Shown here: positions 31,258-41,495 of the stretch, piece after piece
Layout: each line of letters starts with the position of its first letter
How positions within the stretch are numbered: the first letter of the stretch is position 1
NCBI GenBank assembly: GCA_963765765.1
Contig: CAVXYC010000023.1
Span: 224,001-288,000 of the forward strand
Reading direction: 5' to 3'
Source of the DNA: an uncultured Chloroflexia bacterium
Lineage (GTDB): Bacteria > Chloroflexota > UBA6077 > JACCZL01
DNA length: 64,000 nt
Notes under the pieces: generated by a model
The model's database searches: none
What the model saw: only the letters and a program-made list of their open reading frames with translations
Told to the model about the DNA's origin: nothing
Made by a program: the position numbers and the translations under genes

Positions 31258-32496
31258 TCAGCCCCAGGGGCCCAGAAACGGCTCGCCCATATAGGTGTCT
31301 GAGCGAGCCTCAATGGCCTTTGGCCAGTCGGCAATGCTTCCTTCACGGCGGAGCTGGCGCGCCCGTGGTTGTCCGTCCCAGCCGATCTGATCCATACCGT
31401 AGAACAGCTCGATCGCATGACCCTCGGGATCGATCGCGAATGCCGAGTAGTCGATGCCCAGGCTCAGCTCCGGCGGTAGCTCCACGATACGAACGCCGCG
31501 ATCCCGCAGGAACTGAATTCCTTCGCGAAGCTGTCGATAGTTGGCAACCTGGACCCCGAACGACATGCACGACGAGTGCTCACTGAGTCCGAGGGATGTG
31601 CGGAGCTGTTTTGGATAGAGCGCCAGAGAATGATGCTCTGTATTGCTCCGCAGAAATGTACAGCGCTGCCCGTCATAATCAATTTCTTCAGTCAATGTGA
31701 AGCCGAGCACCCGCTGATAGAAGTCGGTCGATCGACCAACGTCAGTCACGAAGAGACGCACGGGGCCAATGCGGACGATTTTGAACGGCCGTGGTAACAG
31801 CACGCCGTCCACGTCATACGTCGCTTCCAGAGCGTCCACGTAGCGGTAGCCTGAGAGCGGATCGACCCCCTCGGAGAGTGCCTGCTGGACTTCGTCGAAC
31901 TCCGCCATCTGTGGTAGGACGGGCTTTTCACGGAACCCGCGGCCATACATCGACCTCGGCTTACTTACACCGTCCCAGCCTACCTGCTCCATCCCATAGA
32001 AGAGCTCATTAGTGTGGCCATCCGGATCATAGATATAGGTGTGCCAGTTTGAACCCGGCATATCGCGGCCGGTCCGTTGAATCTCAACACCGTGGTCCGC
32101 GAAGAACCCGACCGCATCACCCACCTCGCGGAGGCTGCCAACTTGCCAGGTGATCTGATTAATGGTGATGTCCTCGCCAAATCGGCGATCGTGGCCGCGA
32201 GCGTCCATGACCGCCCTGTTGAACAAGACGAAGGCGTGATGATCGCCGCCGTAACGCATGAAGTAGCCTGTGGTAGGACTGCCCAGCGCCTCGAACACCT
32301 CGGGCGGCAAGGTTCGTCGGCCGAACTCAGCCACGTCAGAGATGCGGAACCCCAGAAGGTCGCGATAGAACTGAGCACACTCATCGAGCTTGTAGACGTT
32401 GAAACCGAAGTGACCCAGTCGCCGAATCTTGAACGGCTGGTCAAGGAGGATTCCCCCTACGTCAAATCGGGTGCCGGCCGAAACATCAACTGCCAT
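31258..32496 (-). CDS. two-module VOC-family (extradiol dioxygenase-like) protein
   Basis: SD GGAGG; two repeats PFKI.R.G(H/P)..HH..DP.GH..ELFYGM.Q.GWDG. Confidence 0.88.
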   Translation of the reverse strand: MAVDVSAGTRFDVGGILLDQPFKIRRLGHFGFNVYKLDECAQFYRDLLGFRISDVAEFGRRTLPPEVFEALGSPTTGYFMRYGGDHHAFVLFNRAVMDARGHDRRFGEDITINQITWQVGSLREVGDAVGFFADHGVEIQRTGRDMPGSNWHTYIYDPDGHTNELFYGMEQVGWDGVSKPRSMYGRGFREKPVLPQMAEFDEVQQALSEGVDPLSGYRYVDALEATYDVDGVLLPRPFKIVRIGPVRLFVTDVGRSTDFYQRVLGFTLTEEIDYDGQRCTFLRSNTEHHSLALYPKQLRTSLGLSEHSSCMSFGVQVANYRQLREGIQFLRDRGVRIVELPPELSLGIDYSAFAIDPEGHAIELFYGMDQIGWDGQPRARQLRREGSIADWPKAIEARSDTYMGEPFLGPWG

Positions 32497-32792
32497 GATT
32501 CCTCCGCGCTCAAGCGTCGCGCACGCCGCCGCATTGGGAACTGTATCCCGCATGTTGACAGGACTACAAATGATCGAACACGGTCCTCGGGTCATGGCTG
32601 ACGCTAATTGCTTCGCGTTATTTCCAGGTGAAGGGGATAACCGTGGAGATGGTAAACATGCCCGTGCCTGCCAATTTTGATAGGCATCGCGATTCGCGCC
32701 TGTGAGAGGTGCATTGCTAGGGTGGATCTCTGACGCACATCGGCGACGGCTACTTCGTCAGCAGGAATTCGCTTAACCATTGACGGTGGTCG

Positions 32793-34022
32793 GTGTACCC
32801 TGATTCGGTGCAATTGACAATACAGCGCTCCGACCAATCCCACCGCGGGCCGCTCTTGCTGGCGTTCTGCATAGGCGTTGGCATCATGTGCATTCGCGCT
32901 GGCTTTGCTGTGATGTACCCGGCGTTCGCCGAGGATTTGCAGCTCACTACCTCCGAAGCGACCGGCGCCTATGCGATGAGCATGCCGATATATGCAGTCT
33001 CTGTCATAGGCGCGGGCGTGCTGCTTGACCGCATTGGCATTCGGAAAACGATGCTGATCAGTCTGAGCGTGCTCACGCTGGGTCTGATCCTGGCCGGTTT
33101 TGCTCAGGATATTGTCCAGCTCTATCTGGCGTGGGGCATCTTGATCGGCATGGGCATGAGCGGTGCTGGGTACGTGGCGAACCTCAAGATGCTGGCCGTG
33201 ACTGCGCCACGGCAGATTGGACTCGGACTGGGCGTGCTTTCCGCGGGGCAAGGAGTCGGAGCGCTCCTGGTCAGTCCTGCAATTCAGCTCATGATCGATT
33301 TTGGGGGATGGAGATTCGCTCAGGTTGGCATCGGACTGTTCATCGCCGCGATGCTCGTCCTTCTGGTGCTCTTGATCGCACCGCGCGGTGAGCGTCGCGA
33401 GCACGGGGAAGACGCCGCCGGCGACAGCATGATTGACGCGGTTCGTAACCAGCCAGTGGCGTTTTCCTGGGCATTACTCGCGCTGGCTTCTATGGGTTAC
33501 ACATTGTTGCTGCCAACCCACCAGGTTGCCTATCTCACCAGCGTGGGGACACCGGCAATCGCGGCAGCGACAATTGGCGGTGTAATGGGTGGCATGATGT
33601 CGGTCGGCGGCATGATGGGTGGATGGCTGGCTGGTCGAGTGGGAGCGCCACGGCTCATTCTCACCGGCGGGATCATGGCGGCCCTGGGAGCCCTGGCGCT
33701 CCCCCTGGCTGGACCTGACACGCCGCTCTTCATCGCGTTGTATCTGCTGGGCGCGGGCGCCGGCCGAGGCATCACAACGGTTGGTCTCGGGAGTATTCAG
33801 GCGCGCGTGTTTCCCGGGAAGACGCTGGGACGCATCAGCGGCCTTCTCGAGATTGGCTTTGGCATGGGCGGTCTTGCTGGCCCGTGGCTTACCGCGGCCG
33901 CCCGTGATGCTACTGGCTCATACGTTCCTGGAATCATCACCGCGGCGCCGGCCGCTCTTCTGGTGGCCGTGGGCGGCTTAGCGGCGTGGCGCACGAGATC
34001 AAAAGGACGGACGCGGTTGTAG
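32793..34022 (+). CDS. MFS transporter
   Basis: ~12 TM helices; GVLLDRIGIRK and GWLAGRVG motif-A copies. Confidence 0.88.
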   Translation: MYPDSVQLTIQRSDQSHRGPLLLAFCIGVGIMCIRAGFAVMYPAFAEDLQLTTSEATGAYAMSMPIYAVSVIGAGVLLDRIGIRKTMLISLSVLTLGLILAGFAQDIVQLYLAWGILIGMGMSGAGYVANLKMLAVTAPRQIGLGLGVLSAGQGVGALLVSPAIQLMIDFGGWRFAQVGIGLFIAAMLVLLVLLIAPRGERREHGEDAAGDSMIDAVRNQPVAFSWALLALASMGYTLLLPTHQVAYLTSVGTPAIAAATIGGVMGGMMSVGGMMGGWLAGRVGAPRLILTGGIMAALGALALPLAGPDTPLFIALYLLGAGAGRGITTVGLGSIQARVFPGKTLGRISGLLEIGFGMGGLAGPWLTAAARDATGSYVPGIITAAPAALLVAVGGLAAWRTRSKGRTRL

Positions 34023-34042
34023 ATACGAGCGGCTGTACCAGC

Positions 34043-34165
34043 CCGGGAGCGCCGACATCCTGTCGGCCCGGCCCCCTGAGCCGCCGCGAGCACCAAGTCC
34101 GCCGGAGTCAGAGACGTCTGCAGACGGCCATTTGGGCCGGGTCGACAGGATGTCGGCGCTCCCGG
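34043..34165. repeat. REP-like inverted doublet
   Basis: Arms 34043-34074 and 34134-34165 match 31/32 as inverted repeats; each arm has an internal palindrome (gccgaca-tcc-tgtcggc). Confidence 0.8.
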
Positions 34166-34254
34166 TCCGGTATGGTGCGTCGTCGCAGAGGCTGTTGTTC
34201 GCGGGCGTTCGCCACTCCTGACCACGCTTTGGTACCCTGAGCGCGGAGAAAGCA

Positions 34255-34857
34255 TTGCAAAGCTGGGAAGCACTACGCGGTCGATTGATCGCCATCGAAG
34301 GAATCGACCAGGCTGGGAAGGAGACCGTCTCGCGCTTGCTGGGCGCGACGCTGACGTCGGCTGGCTTGCGCGTGGAGCGCATGGAATTTCCCGACTACAC
34401 GACGCCGATCGGCCGCGAGATCGGGCGATTCCTCGAGGGCGCGCATCGTCATACGGCCGAAGTCCGACAGCTTCTCTACGTGGCCAATCGGTGGGAGCGC
34501 AAGGAGCTTCTCGAGACCTGGCTCGAAGAGGGCGCAACCATCCTGCTGGACCGCTACACAGGCTCTGGCCTTGCATATGGTGCCGCACAGGGACTCTCCA
34601 TGGAATGGATGGAGTCGCTTGAGCAAGGTCTACCCAAGCCCCATCTCGTCATTCTCCTCGACATCACACCGGAAGTCTCCATGGCCCGCAAGCAGCGGTC
34701 GCGCGACACGTACGAAGAGCAGGAAGACTTGCTCGTCCGGGCGAGAAACGCCTACATCGAGCTTGCTGAGCGAGATCACTGGGCCGTGGTGAACGCCGCG
34801 GACGGCCCTCACGAAGTCTGGTCCGCGATGGAGCAAGTACTGCGGGAGCGATTCTAG
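34255..34857 (+). CDS. tmk: thymidylate kinase
   Basis: IAIEGIDQAGKET P-loop, FPDY.TPIG, LLYVANRWE, LDRY..SGLAYG, PHLVILLD. Confidence 0.88.
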   Translation: MQSWEALRGRLIAIEGIDQAGKETVSRLLGATLTSAGLRVERMEFPDYTTPIGREIGRFLEGAHRHTAEVRQLLYVANRWERKELLETWLEEGATILLDRYTGSGLAYGAAQGLSMEWMESLEQGLPKPHLVILLDITPEVSMARKQRSRDTYEEQEDLLVRARNAYIELAERDHWAVVNAADGPHEVWSAMEQVLRERF

Positions 34858-34927
34858 CTCCAGGACTTTGCGCTGGCACGCACGGTGCACTTGAGGGGCA
34901 TTCCCTATCTCGAGGTGACACGGTGCT

Positions 34928-35332
34928 ATGAAGGCTATCGCATTGGCTGCACTCATGCTGGTAACCAGCGTGGGATGTACAACGCGGAGCGAATCGGGGA
35001 CATCCAACTCGCTCGTTAACGCTACTCCCGGCTCTACGACGGCCCAGAGCTCACCGCCGCAAAACGTTCAACAGCTTCAGGTGGCTATTCAGGATGGGAA
35101 GTTCAAGGACAGGGTTTACTCCGCGCAGGTGGGCGCCGCGGTGCTCAATATCACCTCGGATGAGGGGCCGTACACGCTGCGTGTGGACGAAATCATTGAT
35201 GCATTCCCGGTGCCGGCTTCGCAGCCAACTCGTGTTGAGACGAATCTGCCCATGCCCGGCGATTTCACCATGCGGCTCGCGGAAACCGGATCGTTCGCCG
35301 TCCTGAACGTTCGCGAGATCGGCGGTCGATAG
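34928..35332 (+). CDS. small lipoprotein, possibly cupredoxin-like fold
   Basis: Lipobox SVGC; Ser/Thr linker; beta-rich domain ending PGDFTM. Confidence 0.65.
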   Translation: MKAIALAALMLVTSVGCTTRSESGTSNSLVNATPGSTTAQSSPPQNVQQLQVAIQDGKFKDRVYSAQVGAAVLNITSDEGPYTLRVDEIIDAFPVPASQPTRVETNLPMPGDFTMRLAETGSFAVLNVREIGGR

Positions 35333-35427
35333 GACGCTTTGCGCCGCCCGCGTGTTCTTGCTTGCGCGTCGTCAATGTGGGATGTTGATCGTAGGCGCTA
35401 CTGGAGAGTGGCGGCCGGGAGGCGGCC

Positions 35428-37004
35428 ATGACTGAGGAGCAAAAGACACAGAAAATCACCTATGCCACGCTTGCATCACCGAGTGAGGAGCTTCACGCGA
35501 CGTTCGATGCAGCGTTGAGCCGGCAGCGGGAGCTGCTCGGGCAAGAGCACCCAATGTACATAGGCGGTCAGGAGGTTCGGGCTGAGCGGCAGTTCGAAGT
35601 GCGCAGCCCAAGCGATACACGCATGTTGATCGGTCGGTTCCAGCGTGGCACGGCCGAGCATGCTCGTCAGGCGATCGACGCTGCGCAGGAAACGCTTCAG
35701 GACTCTGGGCTCGGATCCCCTGGGAGGAGCGAGTCCGAATCATCCGTCGCGCCACGGATCTCATCAGCGGCCGCGGACACGACTACGCGGCGCGATTGAC
35801 GTACGAGGTCGGCAAGACGCGCATGGAGGCCCTGGGGGACATCGAGGAGTCAGCCGACTTCTTGCGCTACTACTGTGATCACATGGAGCGCGCTAAGGGT
35901 TTTGCCATGCCAATGGCCGGACTTTCGGAAGGTGAGAAACCATATGACGTTATGCGACCGTATGGCGTTTGGCTGGTGATCTCGCCTTTCAATTTCCCGA
36001 TGGCGCTCGCGATGGGGCCCGTGGGCGCGGCGCTCGTCGCTGGCAACACGGTGGTATTGAAGCCATCCAGCGATGCGCCCTGGATGGGCATCGAGATCGC
36101 GCGCATCCTCGCCGAGGCCGGCGTGCCCAATGGGGTTGTGAACGTCGTGACCGGATCAGGGGCGGAAGTTGGTCAGGCACTGGCGGACGACTCGCGCGTC
36201 GGCGGAATGACCTTCACAGGCTCATACGAGGCCGGCATGACGTTGTACCGCGGCTTCTCTCAGCGCTACCCACGACCCTGCATCGTTGAGATGGGCGGCA
36301 AGAACCCCGCCATCGTGACGCGCAATGCCGACCTGGACAAAGCCGCGGAGGGCATTGCACGGTCGGCGTTCGGATTCAGCGGTCAGAAGTGCAGCGCGTG
36401 CTCACGCGTGTATGTGGACCGTACAGTGCGGGACAGTCTCATTGACCTGCTCCGCGAGCGTACGGAGAAGCTGGTGGTCGGCGATCCGACTCGGCGCGAT
36501 ACGTTTACCGGGCCAGTCATCCACCAGTCCAAAGTGGAGGATTTCCGGCGCGCCATTGACCTCTCGCTGAGTGACGGTCGCATCATCACCGGTGGCGCGG
36601 TACTGATGGACGGCGAGTTTGCCAACGGCCATTTTGTGGAGCCAACGGTTGTCGAAGGACTCGGGCACGAGCACGAGCTGATGCGGCAGGAGCAGTTCAT
36701 GCCGTTCGTAGGCCTTGTCGAAGTGAGCTCACTGGATGAGGCAATGAAATTGGCGAATGACACCGTCTATGGCTTGACCGCGGGCATTTATACGGAAGAC
36801 GAGGACGAAGCCCGACAGTTCCTGGATCAGATCGAAGTGGGCGTTGCCTATGTGAATCGGCGCGCCGGAGCGACCACAGGCGCCTGGCCGGGCTCGCAGG
36901 CTTTCGGTGGATGGAAAGGCTCGGCCTCGTCCGGGCGCGGCAGCGGCGGCCCGTACTACTTGCAACAGTACATGCGCGAGCAGGCACAAACGATCATCGA
37001 ATAA
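35428..37004 (+). CDS. aldehyde dehydrogenase, P5C-dehydrogenase-like (frameshift ~35700-35790)
   Basis: ISPFNFP, GNTVVLKPS, FTGS, EMGGKNP, GQKCSACSR, FGGWKGS. Confidence 0.92.
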
Positions 37005-37068
37005 CTAACAGGTAGCCTGTCAATTCCCGATCCACTGAAGATTGTGGGCTTGAAAGTTCGGATAACAA

Positions 37069-37104
37069 AAATATGGGGCGCAGGATATCCTGCGCCCCAT
37101 ATTT
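37069..37104. terminator. bidirectional terminator (perfect 36-bp palindrome)
   Basis: aaatatggggcgcaggat|atcctgcgccccatattt between converging genes. Confidence 0.8.
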
Positions 37105-37125
37105 CGTACTTACGAGAAGGTGACG

Positions 37126-38412
37126 TCAGCTCCGGACAGCCGCGAGAGCAGTCTCCGGATTCTTGTCCCAGGTGGCGAGCGCCTGCTCGATAAGATCGGC
37201 ATGCTCGCTTACGCCAGCCTCACCGGGGCGATACTTCGGTCGCTGAGTCACACCGTGCTTGACCTTCTCCATGGGGAAGCTCACGCAGCGTGCCTTGTCA
37301 GCGCTTCGGAACGTGTTCATGGGGTCTTCGCCCTCACGAACCTTTTCCATCTCCCGTTGCAGCATGAAGCGGAACTGGATGATGCCGCGATCCGACTCGC
37401 CCAGCTTCTCGAGATGCCGCTTGGCAATGGACCCCTGTGTGAACCAGGCCATGTAGTCCTGGTTGAAGGTGTAGTTCAACACCCAGTTTCCATCGCCCTC
37501 CCGTAGCGGTACGACCCTATACGGCACGTGCGGCTGAACCGGTCCTTCCTGCCCCGGCGCGAAGGGATAAATGTACTGCGACACGTGGTACGTCCGGTGG
37601 TCATCGATCGGCACGCGGAACTGCATCGTGTAGCCAAACTGGTTTCCCGTGAGCAGCATGTTGGGGAACAGGATGGGATGCCCCACGGTCCAGTCCTCAT
37701 CTTCGCCAGTGTCGCCCTCAACCATCCGTCGCTTGATGATGCCGTGATCGAATTCATCGAACGCGATCACCTTATGGGGTTTGCCGATGCTTCCGCCCAT
37801 ACGGAACCCTTGTCCCTTGAGCTGAGCGACGTAGCTCCCGAAGTACCCATGCAGCCACTCGGTATGTACGGGATCCAGTGAGTTCTCCTGACACTGCAGC
37901 CAGTTGCAGGGAAGCTCGGTGACGGCGATGTCGCGTACGGCGTCTGTCCAGGTGAGCGGCTCCCAGCCGGGAAGCTCCGGAACGGGAGCCGGGCCCATAT
38001 ATGCCCAGACGAGTCCGGCTAGCTCGCGCACCGGGTAACCCTGCAGTCCGCACTTCGCTCGGAACGCCGCCTCGGGATGCATCGTGTCCTCGAACGGCTG
38101 CTGTACGCACGCGCCAGTCTCGTCAAACTTCCAGCCGTGATACTGACAGCGAATGCCGTCTTCTTCCACCACGCCAATGGCCAGGTTCACGCGACGGTGC
38201 GAGCAAAAACGCTCAATGAGACCCAGATTGCCGCTCCGATCTCGATAGAGCACGAGCTCCTCGCCTAGGATCGTCACTTCCTTGGTGCGGAACGGGTTGT
38301 CCTCGAGCTCCTTCGAGGCCGCGATGGGCTGCCAGTATCGACGCATGAGGTCACCCATGGGGGTGCCGGGGCCAACCCTGGTTAAGACCTCATTGTCCTT
38401 TTCATTGAGCAT
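37126..38412 (-). CDS. Rieske ring-hydroxylating oxygenase alpha subunit, copy 2
   Basis: SD GGAGG; VGPGTPMGDLMRRYW; CSH..CQYHGW; ENSLDPVHTEWLH; NQD. Confidence 0.92.
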   Translation of the reverse strand: MLNEKDNEVLTRVGPGTPMGDLMRRYWQPIAASKELEDNPFRTKEVTILGEELVLYRDRSGNLGLIERFCSHRRVNLAIGVVEEDGIRCQYHGWKFDETGACVQQPFEDTMHPEAAFRAKCGLQGYPVRELAGLVWAYMGPAPVPELPGWEPLTWTDAVRDIAVTELPCNWLQCQENSLDPVHTEWLHGYFGSYVAQLKGQGFRMGGSIGKPHKVIAFDEFDHGIIKRRMVEGDTGEDEDWTVGHPILFPNMLLTGNQFGYTMQFRVPIDDHRTYHVSQYIYPFAPGQEGPVQPHVPYRVVPLREGDGNWVLNYTFNQDYMAWFTQGSIAKRHLEKLGESDRGIIQFRFMLQREMEKVREGEDPMNTFRSADKARCVSFPMEKVKHGVTQRPKYRPGEAGVSEHADLIEQALATWDKNPETALAAVRS

Positions 38413-38560
38413 GCAGGCTTCCTCCTGTTGATTCCAAGAGCATAGCGTCTCGGCCAGGCGTCTGACTAGAGCCCGTCGAGCTCGTTGAAGTCGGGTTGAG
38501 CATCGCGCTTCTTCCGGCATTGGTGCGACAATGCTCACAGCAGTCAACTCACGCTGAGGG

Positions 38561-39454
38561 ATGGCGATGCAGATTGAGCTCGAGCGCATCCAGACGGAAG
38601 ACGGCATGTTCTTGCATGGCGCACTGCGGCGACCGGCCGTGGGAGCGGCATCCCAGCTTGGTGCGGATGTGGTCATCATGCACCACGGTGTGGGCGGGAA
38701 CTTCTACAACCCACACTTTTTCGACCCGCTGGGGGATCATCTGCTGGAGAAGGGATGCGCAATCCTGCGCGTGAACAACCGTGGCCATGACCTGGCCTAC
38801 AACAGCCCCAAGGGCCGCCTTGGAGCTGCATTCGAATCGGTGGATGACTGCCGCAAGGATTGGAAAGCGTGGATCGATCACGCCGTGTCGCTTGGCTTTC
38901 AGCGTATTGCGTTGTGGGGACACAGTCTCGGCGCGGTGAAGACGATCTACTTCCTGTCAACCGACGGTGACCCACGAGTGGTGTGGGCGATCGCTACGTC
39001 ACCGCCGCAGTTCTCCTATAGCGACTATGTGTCACGCCCCGACGGCCATCTGTTCACGGCCTACTTCGACGAGGCAAAGCGCCTGGTTGCCGAAGGGAAG
39101 CCTGACGCGGTCTTTCCAGTCACGATTCCAACGAACGTGTTGCTTGCCGCGAAGACGTACCTGGATAAGTATGGTCCTGAGGAGCGCTTTGACATCGTCA
39201 AGCTCCTCCCCAATGTACGTATTCCGATTCTGGTCACGATCGGTGCTAAGGAAGGCGAAGGCCCGGAGAGCCCGGATCGATTCTCCTTCCTGGGCCTGGC
39301 TGATCGTATAAGCGGTCTGGCACGGACGCAGGATAATTTGAGCTTCTCGCACATTACGGGCGCAGACCATTTCTATACGGGCGTGACGGATGATCTGTGG
39401 GCAGCGATCGATAGTTGGCTGACAAGTCGCGCGCCGATGGCCGCGGCACGCTAA
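38561..39454 (+). CDS. alpha/beta hydrolase
   Basis: HGVGGNFY, NNRGHD, GHSLG, GADHFY. Confidence 0.88.
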   Translation: MAMQIELERIQTEDGMFLHGALRRPAVGAASQLGADVVIMHHGVGGNFYNPHFFDPLGDHLLEKGCAILRVNNRGHDLAYNSPKGRLGAAFESVDDCRKDWKAWIDHAVSLGFQRIALWGHSLGAVKTIYFLSTDGDPRVVWAIATSPPQFSYSDYVSRPDGHLFTAYFDEAKRLVAEGKPDAVFPVTIPTNVLLAAKTYLDKYGPEERFDIVKLLPNVRIPILVTIGAKEGEGPESPDRFSFLGLADRISGLARTQDNLSFSHITGADHFYTGVTDDLWAAIDSWLTSRAPMAAAR

Positions 39455-39473
39455 GAAGGAAGCGGTGCAATGA

Positions 39474-40007
39474 TTGAGATTCAGCAGGTCTGGCGGTAGC
39501 GCAACGGGCACGTCCACGCCCATAAAGGTACGTAAGCTCGGGCACGTCGTCTTTCGTGTTAGTGACGTAGAGCGCAGTACTCGTTTCTGGACCGAGATTA
39601 TGGGCTTCTCAATTTCAGACCGAAACGAGCGCGGGATGGTGTTCCTGCGTCACGGCTCAGACCACCACAGCATCGCTTTGGCCGCTGCTGACCAAGGCGA
39701 AGGTCTCCCGGGGCGTGAGCGTGTCGGCTTCGACCACCTGGCGCTGGAAGTCGGCAGCGTTGCGGAGCTATTCGAGATTCGCGATTTCCTGCGCGCTAAC
39801 GACGTGAAGATCGTGTACGAAGGTCGACGCGGCGCGGGTAGTAACCCGGGTATCGAGTTTTTGGATCCAGATGGTTATCAGCTCGAGGTCTATGCGTCCA
39901 TGGATCAGATTGGTTGGGAAGGCGTGAGTCGCCCGGCCAACCAATGGCGGCGAGCTACGTCGCTAGAGCAGGTGCTCGCCGAGCCTGTCGAGGGAGCAAA
40001 GTACTAG
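39474..40007 (+). CDS. single-module VOC-family protein (catechol 2,3-dioxygenase-like)
   Basis: KLGHVV, DHHSIAL, FDHLALEV, DPDGYQLEVY. Confidence 0.88.
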   Translation: MRFSRSGGSATGTSTPIKVRKLGHVVFRVSDVERSTRFWTEIMGFSISDRNERGMVFLRHGSDHHSIALAAADQGEGLPGRERVGFDHLALEVGSVAELFEIRDFLRANDVKIVYEGRRGAGSNPGIEFLDPDGYQLEVYASMDQIGWEGVSRPANQWRRATSLEQVLAEPVEGAKY

Positions 40008-40052
40008 GCGCGAAGCTCTTCTCCGAACCGCTTGGCGCCCGATCGATGGCAA

Positions 40053-40083
40053 AAAGGCGGGGCGACATAGTCGCCCCGCCTTT
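40053..40083. terminator. bidirectional terminator
   Basis: aaaggcggggcgac-ata-gtcgccccgccttt between converging genes. Confidence 0.8.
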
Positions 40084-40104
40084 CGATTACCTACAGCAAC
40101 CTGA

Positions 40105-41307
40105 CTACTGGCGGTAAGACTGCACCGCCGCGGCATCCGGGGTGGGCGGGGCGCCCGCTCGGTTGCGTCCGTCCGCGCCAAATAAGCCGTCCACGAGGTT
40201 CGTGTCGATCATCTCGTGATTGGGATCACGGATGACGCCCAGCGGGTCCTCGCCGCGCTTGACCTTCTCGATGTTCTCGAACATAACCTTGCGGAGCAGG
40301 GCAACGCCGCGATCGGAGTAGCTGAGATGCTCCTTCGTGCGGTCGGCAATGGGGCCCTGCGTCTCCCAGGCTAAATGGTCCTGCGCCAGCACCGATCGAC
40401 CGTCGAAACGGGTGAAAGGGTGCAGTTTATCCGGCGGGTTCTTGTATGGCTTGAGGTACTCCACCGGCGGATCGGCTTCGTTGTCCTCGATCTTGCCCGT
40501 GTACTCGAAGAGCACGTGGATGTGGCGCGTGTGCTCGTCGTCGATGGGGATGCGGATCTGAGTTGACGGGCCCTGTCGGAGGATGTTCGGGAAGATGAGC
40601 GGGTGCTCCTCTACCGAGCCGTTGTGATACTCGCGATGCTTCATGATGCCGATGTCGTTGACGTAAAAGCTGAAATCTTTCACATCGTCGGTGAAGCCGC
40701 GCGTAGTGTTGACCGGCTGGCGGCCGCGGCCGATGTACTCCTGGTGCAGCACCTGCAGGTGCGCCGGGTCAACCGAGTTCTCCATGGCCTGGAACCAGTT
40801 GGCATCCAGATCCGGATGTACTACGATGCTGCGCTTGCCATCGCTTCGGGTGAACGTGTCGTAATGAGGGATGACCGGAGCGGGCAGTGGTCCGAGATAC
40901 GCCCAATACATTCCCAGGAATCGCTCCACCGGGTAGCTGGTCTGCTTGACGTGGCTCAGGATGGCATCATTCTTTTCGGGTGGCGTCTCAAGAATGTTGC
41001 CTTCAGTGTCGAACAGCCAGCCATGATAGACGCATGAGATTCCGCGCTCTTCCACGCGGCCATAAAGCAGCGAGGCGTTGCGGTGAGCGCACTTGTCTTC
41101 TAGCAGGCCGACGCGTCCACTCAGATCGCGAAAGAGAACGAGCGTCTCACCGAGAATCCGCACTGTGAGAGTGGGGTTCTCATCGGTCAGCTCCGATGCA
41201 ATCGCTACTGGGTGCCAGTAGCGGCGGAGTAGCTCTCCTCCCGGAGTGCCTGGTCCTACGCGGACCAGCGCTTCATTTTCCTCTTTGGTAAGCATCGTTG
41301 CCTCCAA
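40105..41307 (-). CDS. Rieske ring-hydroxylating oxygenase alpha subunit, copy 3
   Basis: VGPGTPGGELLRRYW; CAH..CVYHGW; ENSVDPAHLQVLH; AQD. Confidence 0.92.
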   Translation of the reverse strand: MEATMLTKEENEALVRVGPGTPGGELLRRYWHPVAIASELTDENPTLTVRILGETLVLFRDLSGRVGLLEDKCAHRNASLLYGRVEERGISCVYHGWLFDTEGNILETPPEKNDAILSHVKQTSYPVERFLGMYWAYLGPLPAPVIPHYDTFTRSDGKRSIVVHPDLDANWFQAMENSVDPAHLQVLHQEYIGRGRQPVNTTRGFTDDVKDFSFYVNDIGIMKHREYHNGSVEEHPLIFPNILRQGPSTQIRIPIDDEHTRHIHVLFEYTGKIEDNEADPPVEYLKPYKNPPDKLHPFTRFDGRSVLAQDHLAWETQGPIADRTKEHLSYSDRGVALLRKVMFENIEKVKRGEDPLGVIRDPNHEMIDTNLVDGLFGADGRNRAGAPPTPDAAAVQSYRQ

Positions 41308-41495
41308 GAAGCGACGTGTGCATCGCTTCGATGGCTCCGATTGTACATGAGTGGAAACGTTTCCTTATAGAGGTTAGCGACGGTCTGGGCATGGTGCCCT
41401 GTCGAAATTTCACCTCCTTCAAATTTGACGCCGACCGGTTCGGGATTTAGACTGCCGCTTGAGGCCCCTGCCACACTGAGTGAGGAGATTTGATT

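Noticed and set aside
34285-34330. Atypical Tmk P-loop GIDQAGKET
   Set aside because: All other Tmk motifs are intact; this is within plausible family variation.
38413-38679. Long N-terminal extensions on Rieske copy 2 (likewise 52776-53120, 57498-57758, 58313-58540)
   Set aside because: Artefacts of longest-ORF calling in GC-rich DNA; they overlap neighbouring genes.
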